A stretch of DNA of 64,000 nt, taken from the NCBI GenBank assembly GCA_041667145.1, contig JBAYFP010000004.1:9100-73099 (forward strand), read 5' to 3'. The stretch comes from Minisyncoccota bacterium (GTDB lineage: Bacteria > Patescibacteriota > Minisyncoccia > Phycocordibacterales > UBA9973). Under the pieces are notes generated by a model. It was not told where the DNA came from and searched no databases. It saw nothing but the letters and a program-made list of their open reading frames with translations. A program made the translations under genes and the position numbers. Below are positions 1 through 8,351 of this stretch, piece by piece. Within the stretch, counting starts at the first letter, position 1. The number at the start of each line of letters is the position of its first letter.

Positions 1-1
1 G

Positions 2-2086
2 AAAAAATTGAGAGAGCAGATAGTTTTGTCGAAGAATAAAGCGCACAATATCGATATTTTGGTTGATAGTTTTGCAGTACATGAATTTACTAACAATAAA
101 GAGGGGGCCAGAATGAGATTGCCTGAAGCGTTAGAAAGGGCACTTCTAGAATCTGATGGATTGGTGACGATTTCTTTTGATGTTCCAGCTCAGCATGGTG
201 TTTTTTCTCGGGTCCTCGAGGCAAAGCCCCAGACCAGCTCGAAAAAGCATCATGCTGAGCCTGCACTTTTGGAAGAATTTATAATGTCTTCAAAGTTTGC
301 TTGCAAAAATGATGGTTTTTCTTTTCCAGAAATCGAACCACGTCTTTTTTCTTTCAATTCTCCTTATGGAGCTTGCGAAGTTTGTCATGGATTAGGTTCG
401 AAATATTTCATGGGTGATGAACCATGTGACGCTTGTCATGGTGCACGTTTACGACCTGAAGCGTTGAATGTTTTTATATTTTCCAATTCGCCCCTGCCAA
501 GGGGAGAAAAGAAGAGGGGTCTAAATATTTTAGATATTAGCTCACTTTCTATTGCTGAAGCATCAGAATTTTTTAAAACATTAAAACTTTCTGAACAAGA
601 AAAAGAAATATCTCTTCCTGTTGTTCGTGAGATAGAGGCGCGACTTCAATTTATGTTGGATGTCGGGTTAGACTATTTACAACTTTCTCGAAAGGCAAAT
701 ACGCTCTCGGGAGGGGAGGCGCAACGTATTCGTCTAGCCTCTCAACTTGGTTCTAGGCTTGTCGGTGCTCTATATGTGTTGGATGAGCCTACTATTGGTC
801 TTCATCAGCGTGACAATGATCGCTTGATTAAAACCTTAGAAAACCTACGTGATTTGGGTAATACTATCTTAATAGTTGAACATGACGAGGATACTATTTA
901 TGCGTCTGATTATATAGTGGATATAGGTCCAAAGGCTGGAGTACATGGTGGTAATGTTATTGTCTCAGGATGGCTCGAAGAATTATTAACTGCAAAAAAG
1001 AATACAAATAATTCTAGGACACTTGCTTATCTTCGTGAAGAATTAAAAATAGAAATTCCAGAAAAACGTCGTACATCAAAAGGAGTACTACGAATAATTG
1101 GTGGAAAAGTTTTTAATATAAAAAATTTAAATGTTGACATACCTCTTGGGGTGATGACATCCATCACGGGTGTTTCTGGTTCTGGGAAAAGTTCTTTGAT
1201 GTATGAAATTTTATATAAAAATTTGCAAACACGATATGAACGTAAATATCGTACAGCTAAAGTTTTCAATTGTGCTTCATTTTCTGGTACTGAATATTTG
1301 TCACGAGCTATCCTCATTGATCAATCTCCCATAGGAAGAACGCCACGCTCTAACATAGCCACGTATACTGGGACGTTTACTCATATTCGTGATTTATTTG
1401 CAACGACTGAAGAAGCTCGACTTCGTGGATGGAAAGCAAACCGTTTTTCTTTCAATGTGAAAGGCGGACGTTGTGAAGCTTGTGAAGGTAATGGCCAAAT
1501 AGCTGTAGAGATGCATTTTTTACCAACAGTTTATGTCACTTGTGATGTTTGTAATGGTAAACGTTTTGATAAAGAAACACTTACAGTAAAATATAAGAAG
1601 AAAAATATTTATGAAGTGCTTCGTATGACCGTAGAGGAAGGTTTAGTTTTTTTTAAAGATATTCCAGCTATTTCTGACAGGTTGCACACGCTTATGGGGG
1701 TAGGGCTAGGATACTTAGAACTTGGTCAATCTGCGACAACTCTTTCAGGAGGTGAGGCACAACGTGTAAAGATTTCTAGTGAACTCTACCGTCCACATTT
1801 AGAAAAAACTATCTATCTTCTCGACGAGCCTACTGTAGGCTTACATTATGATGATGTAGTAAAGCTTCTCGAAGTATTAAATAAGCTTGTTTCAAAAGGA
1901 AATACTGTAGTTTTGATTGAACATAACCTTGATATTATCAAAAATTGCGATTATGTTATAGATGTCGGTCCTGAGGGAGGGGTAAATGGGGGAAATTTAG
2001 TAGCTAAAGGTACTCCTGAGGAAATAGCTAATAATCCTAAGAGTTATACTGGGAAATATCTTAAAAGAGCCTTACGAACCAAGTAG
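2..2086 (+). CDS. uvrA: Excinuclease ABC subunit A (5' partial), with two in-frame palindromic inserts
   Basis: FSFNSPYGAC, LSGGEAQRI, GVSGSGKS, LDEPT motifs and CxxC zinc fingers; reading frame is open from the window edge. Confidence 0.97.
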   Translation, partial: KKLREQIVLSKNKAHNIDILVDSFAVHEFTNNKEGARMRLPEALERALLESDGLVTISFDVPAQHGVFSRVLEAKPQTSSKKHHAEPALLEEFIMSSKFACKNDGFSFPEIEPRLFSFNSPYGACEVCHGLGSKYFMGDEPCDACHGARLRPEALNVFIFSNSPLPRGEKKRGLNILDISSLSIAEASEFFKTLKLSEQEKEISLPVVREIEARLQFMLDVGLDYLQLSRKANTLSGGEAQRIRLASQLGSRLVGALYVLDEPTIGLHQRDNDRLIKTLENLRDLGNTILIVEHDEDTIYASDYIVDIGPKAGVHGGNVIVSGWLEELLTAKKNTNNSRTLAYLREELKIEIPEKRRTSKGVLRIIGGKVFNIKNLNVDIPLGVMTSITGVSGSGKSSLMYEILYKNLQTRYERKYRTAKVFNCASFSGTEYLSRAILIDQSPIGRTPRSNIATYTGTFTHIRDLFATTEEARLRGWKANRFSFNVKGGRCEACEGNGQIAVEMHFLPTVYVTCDVCNGKRFDKETLTVKYKKKNIYEVLRMTVEEGLVFFKDIPAISDRLHTLMGVGLGYLELGQSATTLSGGEAQRVKISSELYRPHLEKTIYLLDEPTVGLHYDDVVKLLEVLNKLVSKGNTVVLIEHNLDIIKNCDYVIDVGPEGGVNGGNLVAKGTPEEIANNPKSYTGKYLKRALRTK
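188..260. repeat. Long palindromic element in frame in uvrA
   Basis: Arms gctcagcatggtgttttttc (188-207) and gaaaaagcatcatgctgagc (241-260) match 18/20, both mismatches G-U; GC-rich loop contains gggtcc. Confidence 0.85.
489..524 (+). repeat. CCCCT-gcNa-AGGGG...AGGGGTCTAA element in frame in uvrA
   Basis: Hairpin cccct-gcca-agggg plus aggggtctaa tail; same architecture as 54346-54391. Confidence 0.7.
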
Positions 2087-2108
2087 GTGATTCTGTTGAA
2101 TCAAATAA
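2078..2108 (+). repeat. 31-bp dispersed repeat containing the uvrA stop codon
   Basis: accaagtaggtgattctgttgaatcaaataa; 27/31 identical to 7926-7956. Confidence 0.8.
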
Positions 2109-2112
2109 TTTT

Positions 2113-3507
2113 ATGGATGTTAAATACTTTAAAAAACTTAAAATTCCAGACAAATCTGGTGTTTATATTTTTAAAAAAAAGAATGAGATTTTGTATGTTG
2201 GTAAAGCGACGTCATTGAAAGATAGAGTAAAAAGTTATTTTGGGAAAGACTTAATAGAGTCCAGGGGGCCAATTTTAGTGGATTTGATTTTTAAAGCAGA
2301 TAAAATAGACTGGCAGGAAACTGATAGTGTTTTAGAAGCTCTTATTTTAGAGGCAGTTTTAATAAAAAAGTATCAGCCGAAATACAATACAAAAGAAAAA
2401 TCAGATAAAAGTTTCAATTATGTGTGTATTACTAAACCTGCCCGCAATGCTTTGCATAGCGATGCAGGCGGGGAAAAATTACCTAGAGTAATTATAAAAA
2501 GAGGGAAGGAAATACTTCAGGGACAGAATAATTTTCGAAACTGCGCCCTCGGAGACAAAAGGACAGGGGACCCACATGTTTCTAAAAATCATTCTGTTCC
2601 TTTCGCTAATACATTTGGCCCGTATCCAAATGGTGGCCAGTTGCGGGAAGCACTGAAAATAGTTCGTAGGATTTTTCCATTTTTGGACGAAAAAAGTAAA
2701 AATTATTTGGAATTTTATAGACAAATAAATTTAGTGCCAGATTTAAATGATCAAAAAATGTATTTACAAAATATAAAAAATATAAAATTATTTTTTTCTG
2801 GTAAAAAACAACAGATTTTTAGAAATTTAAGAAAAGAAATGAAAGAATATGCAAAAAAAAGAGAATTTGAAAAAGCTGGCGAAATAAAAAGACAACTTTT
2901 TGCTCTCAAACATATAAATGATGTGGCGTTGATAAAAAATAGTGGAAATTCGATTTTGAAGCAAAATGTTCTCGAGCGAACCCTTGGTAGGAGCGACGGC
3001 GACGGACAGAGGAAATTTTCAACAGAAAATTTTCGTGGTGAATCCGAGAATAGTTTGCGAAGGGATCGAATTGAAGCTTATGATATTGCGCACATGTCTG
3101 GCGAAAACATGGTTGGGGTTATGGTAGTTTTAGAAAACGGAGAAATAGAGAAAAATGAGTATAGGAAGTTTAAAATAAAAACACAAACAGATGCAAATGA
3201 CACAGGAGCTTTAAAAGAGGTGTTAGAAAGACGTTTTGCTCATCCTGAATGGCGATACCCGAAGCTTATAGTAGTAGATGGAGGGATAGCTCAGATTAAT
3301 ACAGCAAAGGCGATTTTGATGAAAATTGGCTTAAAAATAGGGGTTGTTTCTGTATTAAAAGATGAGCATCACAGACCAAAAAAAATCATGGGGAATAAAG
3401 AATTTGTCCAAAAATATGAGAGAGAAATCTTACTTGCGAACAGTGAAGCTCATAGGTTTGCTATCATTTATCATAAAAAAATGCGTTCGAAGAACTTTTT
3501 GAAATAA
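2113..3507 (+). CDS. uvrC: UvrC-family excinuclease (GIY-YIG + UVR + RNase H-like, no C-terminal HhH), with three inserts
   Basis: GVY..YVGKA..L..RV.SYF, EALILE..LIKKYQPKYN, EFEKA, RIEAYDI, VDGG motifs. Confidence 0.92.
   Translation: MDVKYFKKLKIPDKSGVYIFKKKNEILYVGKATSLKDRVKSYFGKDLIESRGPILVDLIFKADKIDWQETDSVLEALILEAVLIKKYQPKYNTKEKSDKSFNYVCITKPARNALHSDAGGEKLPRVIIKRGKEILQGQNNFRNCALGDKRTGDPHVSKNHSVPFANTFGPYPNGGQLREALKIVRRIFPFLDEKSKNYLEFYRQINLVPDLNDQKMYLQNIKNIKLFFSGKKQQIFRNLRKEMKEYAKKREFEKAGEIKRQLFALKHINDVALIKNSGNSILKQNVLERTLGRSDGDGQRKFSTENFRGESENSLRRDRIEAYDIAHMSGENMVGVMVVLENGEIEKNEYRKFKIKTQTDANDTGALKEVLERRFAHPEWRYPKLIVVDGGIAQINTAKAILMKIGLKIGVVSVLKDEHHRPKKIMGNKEFVQKYEREILLANSEAHRFAIIYHKKMRSKNFLK
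2437..2472. repeat. 36-bp REP-like hairpin in frame in uvrC (PARNALHSDAGG)
   Basis: cctg-cccgc...gcggg; removing it restores ITK-EKLPR, like the canonical UvrC segment. Confidence 0.85.
2519..2601. repeat. Long palindromic element in frame in uvrC
   Basis: About 23-bp imperfect arms; the reverse complement of the loop shares ATGTG..GGGTCCC..AGGGCGCAGT with the rluA element at 44555. Confidence 0.85.
2944..3052. repeat. Multi-hairpin GC-rich insert in frame in uvrC
   Basis: Hairpins attttg-aag-caaaat and ggaaattttc-aaca-gaaaattttc, plus ttctcg/cgagaa; non-UvrC-like peptide before RIEAYD. Confidence 0.6.
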
Positions 3508-3552
3508 TTTAAATAGGAGTATTATATAAGTATGAATTCTGAAACAAAGATA

Positions 3553-3576
3553 CATTCGGCGAGCTCAGTACAAGTC
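3553..3576. repeat. TTCGRC..GCTCAG..ACAAGT REP-like element
   Basis: Reverse complement ctgagctcgccgaa resembles ctgagcgaagtcgaa in tsaC. Confidence 0.7.
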
Positions 3577-3585
3577 TGTCAAAAC

Positions 3586-3620
3586 CCCAGTACTAGAGCA
3601 AAGCTCAGTATGGGGCAGGC
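3586..3620 (+). repeat. 35-bp REP-like hairpin (left copy)
   Basis: cccagtactagagcaaagctcagtatggggcaggc; 31/35 identical to the reverse complement of 5352-5386. Confidence 0.9.
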
Positions 3621-3631
3621 TGTAAAAAGAT

Positions 3632-5347
3632 ATGAGTAAAAATACTGAAAGTAAAATATGTCAGAATTGCAAGGTTGAATTTTTGATTGAGCCAGAAGAT
3701 TTTAAATTTTATGAAAAAATGAAGGTTCCTGCGCCGACTTGGTGCCCGGAATGCAGAACGATAAGAAGAATGATGTATAGGAATGAGCGTTCTTTGTACA
3801 AACAAGATTGTGATCTTTGTAAAAAACCTACGATCTCCATGTATAATCCGGATTATAAATATATTGTTTATTGTACAGGTTGTTATACTTCGGATAATTG
3901 GGATCCTATGAATTTTGGAAAGGATTACGATTTTTCTCGTTCTTTTTTTGAACAACTTGGTGAGCTATTTAGAAGTGTCCCTCGAAGAGCATTGTACCAA
4001 GATTTTGCCGTGAATAGTGAATACACAAATCAAGCAGTTTATATGAAAAATTGTTATCTTTGTTTTGGAGGACATCATTATGAGGATAGTAGTTATTGTG
4101 CGAATGATTTCTTTTTGAAAAATTGTTTGGATGTTGATTTTTCACACAAAAGTGAATTTTGTTTTGAATCATTGCATTTAAAGGATTGTTTCAGAGTGAG
4201 ATATGGATATTATTCCGAAAACTGTATGGATTCTTGGTTTATTTATGGTTGCCGTAACTGTTCTAATTGTGTTGGGTGTACGAATTTATTGAACGAAACA
4301 CACTGTATTTTAAATGAGCAGTACACAAAAGAAGAATATGAAAAAAAATTAAAAGAAATGGATCTTTCTAAATCAGAAAATTTAGAAAAAATGGATAAGA
4401 TATTTTGGGAGAATTCGTTAAACTTCCCAAGAAAGTATGCCAATATAAAAAATATTGTAAATTCCACAGGAGATGACTTAGAGCAAGTTAGAAATTGTAA
4501 ACATTCTTTTTCTCTTACAGAAGATGAAAATATAAAATATTCCTTTTTTGTTCCAACTGGGGCAAAAGATTGTTTTGACTTAGACCATGTAGGGCTTGGT
4601 ACGAGTGAGAGTTATGAACTTCATAGTGCATTTGGAGGTAATAGAGTTTCATTTTCTAATCGGGTTTATTATTCACATGACGTAGAATTTTCAGATGATG
4701 TCTATGATAGTGAAAATATTTTTGCTTGTGCAAGCTTGCGGAAAAAATCCCATTGTATTTTTAATAAACAATATTCTAAAGAAGAGTATGAAATATTGAT
4801 AAAAAAAATAAAGGAACACATGGATACAATGCCATATGTTGATAAAAATGGAAGAATGTTTAAGTATGGCGAATTCTTTCCTATAGAGATCATACCTTTT
4901 AGTTATACAGATTCAGTAGTGCATGAATATTTTCCTTTGACAAAAGAAAAAATATTAGAAAAAGGGTATAAGTATACAGAACCTGAAACAAAAAACTATA
5001 AACCAACTATTTTACCCCATCAATTACCTTCAATAGAAAATGCAGATGAAAAAATTTTGCAAGAAATTATTCAATGTGACCATATGAGAAATTGTAATGA
5101 TAGGTGTACTCTGGCTTTTAGAATAATTCAAAATGAGTTAAACATTTGTAAAATGTTAGGAATTCCATTGCCAAAATTGTGTCCGAATTGTCGTCATATG
5201 TCTAGAATGAATCTTTTGAATCCACCGAGATTATATTCTAGGAAATGTATGAAACCTGATTGTACCAATGAATTTGAAACTCCTTATTCTCCTGACAGAC
5301 AAGAAATAGTATACTGTGAAAAATGCTACCAGCAAGAAGTATATTAG
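3632..5347 (+). CDS. CPR-type Cys-rich repeat protein with zinc-ribbon (CxxC) termini
   Basis: CQNC..F.I.PED..FY.K..VP.PT.CP.CR N-terminus, periodic Cys repeats, IVYCEKCYQQE C-terminus; paralog at 45183. Confidence 0.85.
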   Translation: MSKNTESKICQNCKVEFLIEPEDFKFYEKMKVPAPTWCPECRTIRRMMYRNERSLYKQDCDLCKKPTISMYNPDYKYIVYCTGCYTSDNWDPMNFGKDYDFSRSFFEQLGELFRSVPRRALYQDFAVNSEYTNQAVYMKNCYLCFGGHHYEDSSYCANDFFLKNCLDVDFSHKSEFCFESLHLKDCFRVRYGYYSENCMDSWFIYGCRNCSNCVGCTNLLNETHCILNEQYTKEEYEKKLKEMDLSKSENLEKMDKIFWENSLNFPRKYANIKNIVNSTGDDLEQVRNCKHSFSLTEDENIKYSFFVPTGAKDCFDLDHVGLGTSESYELHSAFGGNRVSFSNRVYYSHDVEFSDDVYDSENIFACASLRKKSHCIFNKQYSKEEYEILIKKIKEHMDTMPYVDKNGRMFKYGEFFPIEIIPFSYTDSVVHEYFPLTKEKILEKGYKYTEPETKNYKPTILPHQLPSIENADEKILQEIIQCDHMRNCNDRCTLAFRIIQNELNICKMLGIPLPKLCPNCRHMSRMNLLNPPRLYSRKCMKPDCTNEFETPYSPDRQEIVYCEKCYQQEVY

Positions 5348-5351
5348 GGGT

Positions 5352-5386
5352 GCCTGTCCCGTAGTGAGCTTTGCTCTACTACTGGG
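5352..5386 (-). repeat. 35-bp REP-like hairpin (right, inverted copy)
   Basis: Reverse complement cccagtagtagagcaaagctcactacgggacaggc; compensatory C-G to G-C change versus the left copy. Confidence 0.9.
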
Positions 5387-5412
5387 ATTATCAACGGGAG
5401 GTGTATTAAAAA

Positions 5413-5889
5413 ATGAAAAAACAACAAAATATTTTAATAATTCATGATGTGAGAAGTGTGACAAATGTCGGGGCGATGTTTCGTACTGCTGATGCGGCTG
5501 GCATAAATAAAATTTATTTGACTGGATATACACCTACTCCACTTGATCGCTTTGGGAAAATTCGCAAGGATATGGCAAAGTCTGCCCTTGGAGCAGAAAA
5601 TTTTGTGTCTTGGGAATATAAAAAAAATGCATTGTTATTTGTTGATAAACTAAAGAAAGAGGGGTATTTGATTATTGGTATTGAGCAAAGTAAAAAATCA
5701 ATTGATTATAAAAAAGTGAAAACAAATAATAAAAATGTTTTTATTATGGGTGCTGAAGTGACAGGAATACCCAAAAATATACTCAAGAAATGTGACATAA
5801 TTGCCGAGATTCCAATGTTTGGGAAAAAAGAATCCCTTAATGTTTCAGTTGCCTGTGGAATTGCTCTTTTTGGAATTTTAAGAATATAA
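5413..5889 (+). CDS. TrmH/SpoU family RNA methyltransferase
   Basis: NVGAMFRTADAAG, GAEVTG, IPM.G..ESLNVSVA SPOUT motifs. Confidence 0.92.
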   Translation: MKKQQNILIIHDVRSVTNVGAMFRTADAAGINKIYLTGYTPTPLDRFGKIRKDMAKSALGAENFVSWEYKKNALLFVDKLKKEGYLIIGIEQSKKSIDYKKVKTNNKNVFIMGAEVTGIPKNILKKCDIIAEIPMFGKKESLNVSVACGIALFGILRI

Positions 5890-6007
5890 AAAATATGAGA
5901 AATAAAATTTTTGCCGGTACGGATTTTTTGAAGCTTAAAAAATCCTGAAATTCTCGCGCCAGTCGCGCTCGAAACCCCTTAAAAACTTTATTTTCTCACA
6001 TTTTTTA
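5887..6007. mobile_element. MITE-like element with ~26-bp terminal inverted repeats
   Basis: taaaaaatatgagaaataaaattttt / aaaaactttattttctcacatttttta; internal hairpin ggatttttt..aaaaaatcc. Confidence 0.65.
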
Positions 6008-6164
6008 GTGAAGCAGAAAAATATAAAATTTAGAAAGCCTTGCGCAGGAGCTTAGAAAATAAAGGAGGTATTCCGACTCTTATTTTCTTGAGCGACGAGC
6101 AGTTCGCTGGCGAAGCTTTGCCAGATAGATTGCTTTATAAATTTTGATATCTTTCTGCTTTACT
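6007..6164. mobile_element. MITE-like element with ~32-bp terminal inverted repeats
   Basis: agtgaagcagaaaaatataaaatttagaaagc / gctttataaattttgatatctttctgctttact; two internal hairpins. Confidence 0.7.
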
Positions 6165-7026
6165 TCTGATGCACGGAACAAAAGTGTGCACTTCGGCCAT
6201 TTATCATTTTTCTTAAAATTATACCTTTGCAACCACTTTTTCTACATCTTTTTCCAGTACGTCTGTAGGCTTGATGGTAAAGTTGGAATTTACCTTTTTT
6301 ACCAAATAGATTTATATAATCCGACATTGAATCACCACCTAATTTAATACTTTTATTTAAAATTTCTTGTATTGCCTTGAATATTTTTTTAAACTCTTCT
6401 TTTTTAATTTTTGCTACTTTTTTTCCTGGGTGTATTCCTACTTTCCAGAGTATTTCATCAGAATAAATATTGCCTATGCCGGCTATTATACTTTGATCCA
6501 TTAAAACTGTCTTTATCTTCCCATTCGGTTTTTTGATTAATCTGGCTTCAAGATCTTTGGCAGTAAAATTCTTATCTAAAGGTTCTGGACCAAGATGAGC
6601 AAGATAACCGATTTTTGTACCTGCCCGGTAGGAAGTGCCCTTTCCTTTGGGGTGGAGTAGCGTTATCTTTCCAAATTTTCGTATATCAGAAAAAGCAAGA
6701 AAATTTCTGTTTGATAAACTGAAAAGAACATGAACGTATTTATCTTTATTGTTGTAGAGCAAATGCCCTGTCATTTTCATATGAATAAGGATAGTTTTGT
6801 CTCCAGACAAGTTTATTAAAATATTTTTTGCTTTTCTTTCTACAGATAGAATTTTTTTGTTTATTACCTCCTTTTTAAATACAGGAAAATACTTCGGATT
6901 TGCAACCGTATCTTGCTGACGTTTGTCTTTAGTTGCTAGATCTGTCCAAACATCTTTTATTGCAAGGTTTATGATTGTTTTTTTTAAGCCCCTAACTGTT
7001 GTTTCTACTTCTGGAAGTTCAGGCAT
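6160..7026 (-). CDS. mutM: Formamidopyrimidine-DNA glycosylase
   Basis: MPELPEVET N-terminus, GIGNIY.DEIL H2TH motif, C-terminal zinc finger. Confidence 0.96.
   Translation of the reverse strand: MPELPEVETTVRGLKKTIINLAIKDVWTDLATKDKRQQDTVANPKYFPVFKKEVINKKILSVERKAKNILINLSGDKTILIHMKMTGHLLYNNKDKYVHVLFSLSNRNFLAFSDIRKFGKITLLHPKGKGTSYRAGTKIGYLAHLGPEPLDKNFTAKDLEARLIKKPNGKIKTVLMDQSIIAGIGNIYSDEILWKVGIHPGKKVAKIKKEEFKKIFKAIQEILNKSIKLGGDSMSDYINLFGKKGKFQLYHQAYRRTGKRCRKSGCKGIILRKMINGRSAHFCSVHQK
6619..6654. repeat. REP-like hairpin in frame in mutM (HPKGKGTSYRAG)
   Basis: acctg-cccgg..aggaag..tttcct..tgggg; same ACCTG-CCC foot as other copies. Confidence 0.7.
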
Positions 7027-7028
7027 AA

Positions 7029-7616
7029 CTATTTATTACTGAGAATTTTCAAAGCCTCACGTATTTTTGTATTCGTATTTGCATCTGGAGAGCATTTTTT
7101 CAAAGCATCTCGTGCTTCGTTTTGAGAATAGCCTAGTGATTTTAATGCTTCGAGTACGTCGAGTTCTCCTTGTAGGGAAGTACCAGTTTTTTCTTCTCCC
7201 ATTTTGTCTCTCAATTCTATGATTATTTTTTCTGCAGTTTTTTTACCAATGCCGGATATTTTTGTGAGATATGCAATGTCTCCTGTACCTATAGCTTTTT
7301 TTAATATTTCTATGGAAGCGATTCCTAAAATACCCAAAGCGCCTTTTGGTCCGATTCCAGAGACATTTATTAGCATTTCGAAAAATTCCAATTCCTGACG
7401 ATCTAAAAAACCATAAAGGTCTAATATATCTTCACGTACATGCGTGTGTATCCAAAATGATGCGTCGGCATCATTTTGTCCCGAGTCTTTGCGAGGGGCA
7501 GAAAGTCTTGATAATGTGTCTAAAGATACATTTATCTTATAGCCAACACCACTAGTTTCAACTATGACAAATTTGTCAGTTTTTAGAATTATTTTACCTT
7601 TTATACTTCCGATCAT
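7029..7616 (-). CDS. ruvA: Holliday junction branch migration protein RuvA
   Basis: GVGY, VRED..LYGF, VSGIGPK, GIGKKTAE, ALKSLGY. Confidence 0.96.
   Translation of the reverse strand: MIGSIKGKIILKTDKFVIVETSGVGYKINVSLDTLSRLSAPRKDSGQNDADASFWIHTHVREDILDLYGFLDRQELEFFEMLINVSGIGPKGALGILGIASIEILKKAIGTGDIAYLTKISGIGKKTAEKIIIELRDKMGEEKTGTSLQGELDVLEALKSLGYSQNEARDALKKCSPDANTNTKIREALKILSNK
7453..7498. repeat. Hairpin(s) in frame in ruvA (SAPRKDSGQNDADA)
   Basis: Perfect 11-bp IR caaaatgatgc-gtcg-gcatcattttg overlapping a degenerate ttgtccc..gggg REP-like copy. Confidence 0.55.
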
Positions 7617-7679
7617 ATTTCTATTATATCATGGAGATAGGTGTTTGCATTTTATAGGGTTTTCTGTTAAATTACATTT

Positions 7680-7934
7680 ATGCCTATAATAAAATCAGCT
7701 AAAAAAGCAATTCGTGGATCTCTTCGCAAGAAGGCTTTTAATGATCGTCAAAAACGAGCAATGAAAGATGTAATAAAGAAAATCGAGAAAACTGTGAAGA
7801 CAGATAAGGCAGGAGCAGAAAAATTGTTAAGTTCGGCTTTTGCGATTATTGATAAAGGAGCTAAAAAAGGTGTTATTAAGAAAAATAATGCTGCTCGCAA
7901 GAAGTCTCGTTTATCAAGACTAATCACCAAGTAG
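7680..7934 (+). CDS. rpsT: 30S ribosomal protein S20
   Basis: IKSAKKA, IDK.AKKGVI.KN.AARKKSRL. Confidence 0.96.
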   Translation: MPIIKSAKKAIRGSLRKKAFNDRQKRAMKDVIKKIEKTVKTDKAGAEKLLSSAFAIIDKGAKKGVIKKNNAARKKSRLSRLITK

Positions 7935-7956
7935 GTGATTTTACTAAATCAAATAA
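7926..7956 (+). repeat. 31-bp dispersed repeat containing the rpsT stop codon
   Basis: Second copy of 2078-2108. Confidence 0.8.
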
Positions 7957-7958
7957 AA

Positions 7959-7992
7959 AATCAAAAAAGCCCCATAAGGGGCTTTTTTGATT
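7959..7992. terminator. Bidirectional intrinsic terminator
   Basis: aaaaaagcccc-ataa-ggggctttttt between convergent rpsT and the cold-shock gene. Confidence 0.9.
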
Positions 7993-8007
7993 AGATAAAG
8001 TTAAATG

Positions 8008-8205
8008 TTACGCACGTTGTACGTTTGTAGCATTTAATCCCTTTGGGGATTCCTCTGTTTCAAAAGAAACAGCATCGCCTTCATGCAATTCGTCAAAGCT
8101 TACGCCGACGAGAGAATTACTATGAAAGAATAAATCTTTCTGTAGTCCTTCTGCAGTGATGAAACCGAAACCTTTATCAGTGAGTCTTTTTATTGTACCA
8201 GTCAT
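8008..8205 (-). CDS. Cold-shock domain protein
   Basis: KGFGFI and LFFH (RNP1/RNP2 motifs). Confidence 0.95.
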   Translation of the reverse strand: MTGTIKRLTDKGFGFITAEGLQKDLFFHSNSLVGVSFDELHEGDAVSFETEESPKGLNATNVQRA

Positions 8206-8351
8206 TGATATTTTTATTAGATTGTTAAATTACAAAATAAGTTTGTTTAAGAAATCGACTCCTTTTACTTATTTAAGCTATTAACTCAAATAGGCAAATG
8301 ACTTATTTGCTCTCTAAGTATAGTATATTGTAAGCAATTTGTCAATGTTTT

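Larger units (their letters stand above)
3532..3639 (+). pseudogene. Relic 5' end of a Cys-rich family gene interrupted by two REP-like elements
   Basis: Removing 3553-3576 and 3586-3620 gives MNSETKICQNCKK, matching the paralog N-termini (TESKICQNCK, MDTETKNCQNCKKD). Confidence 0.75.

Noticed and set aside
5231-5533. Minus-strand ORF containing PSSRAKLTTGQA
   Set aside because: Shadow ORF reading through the REP-like copy and overlapping two real genes
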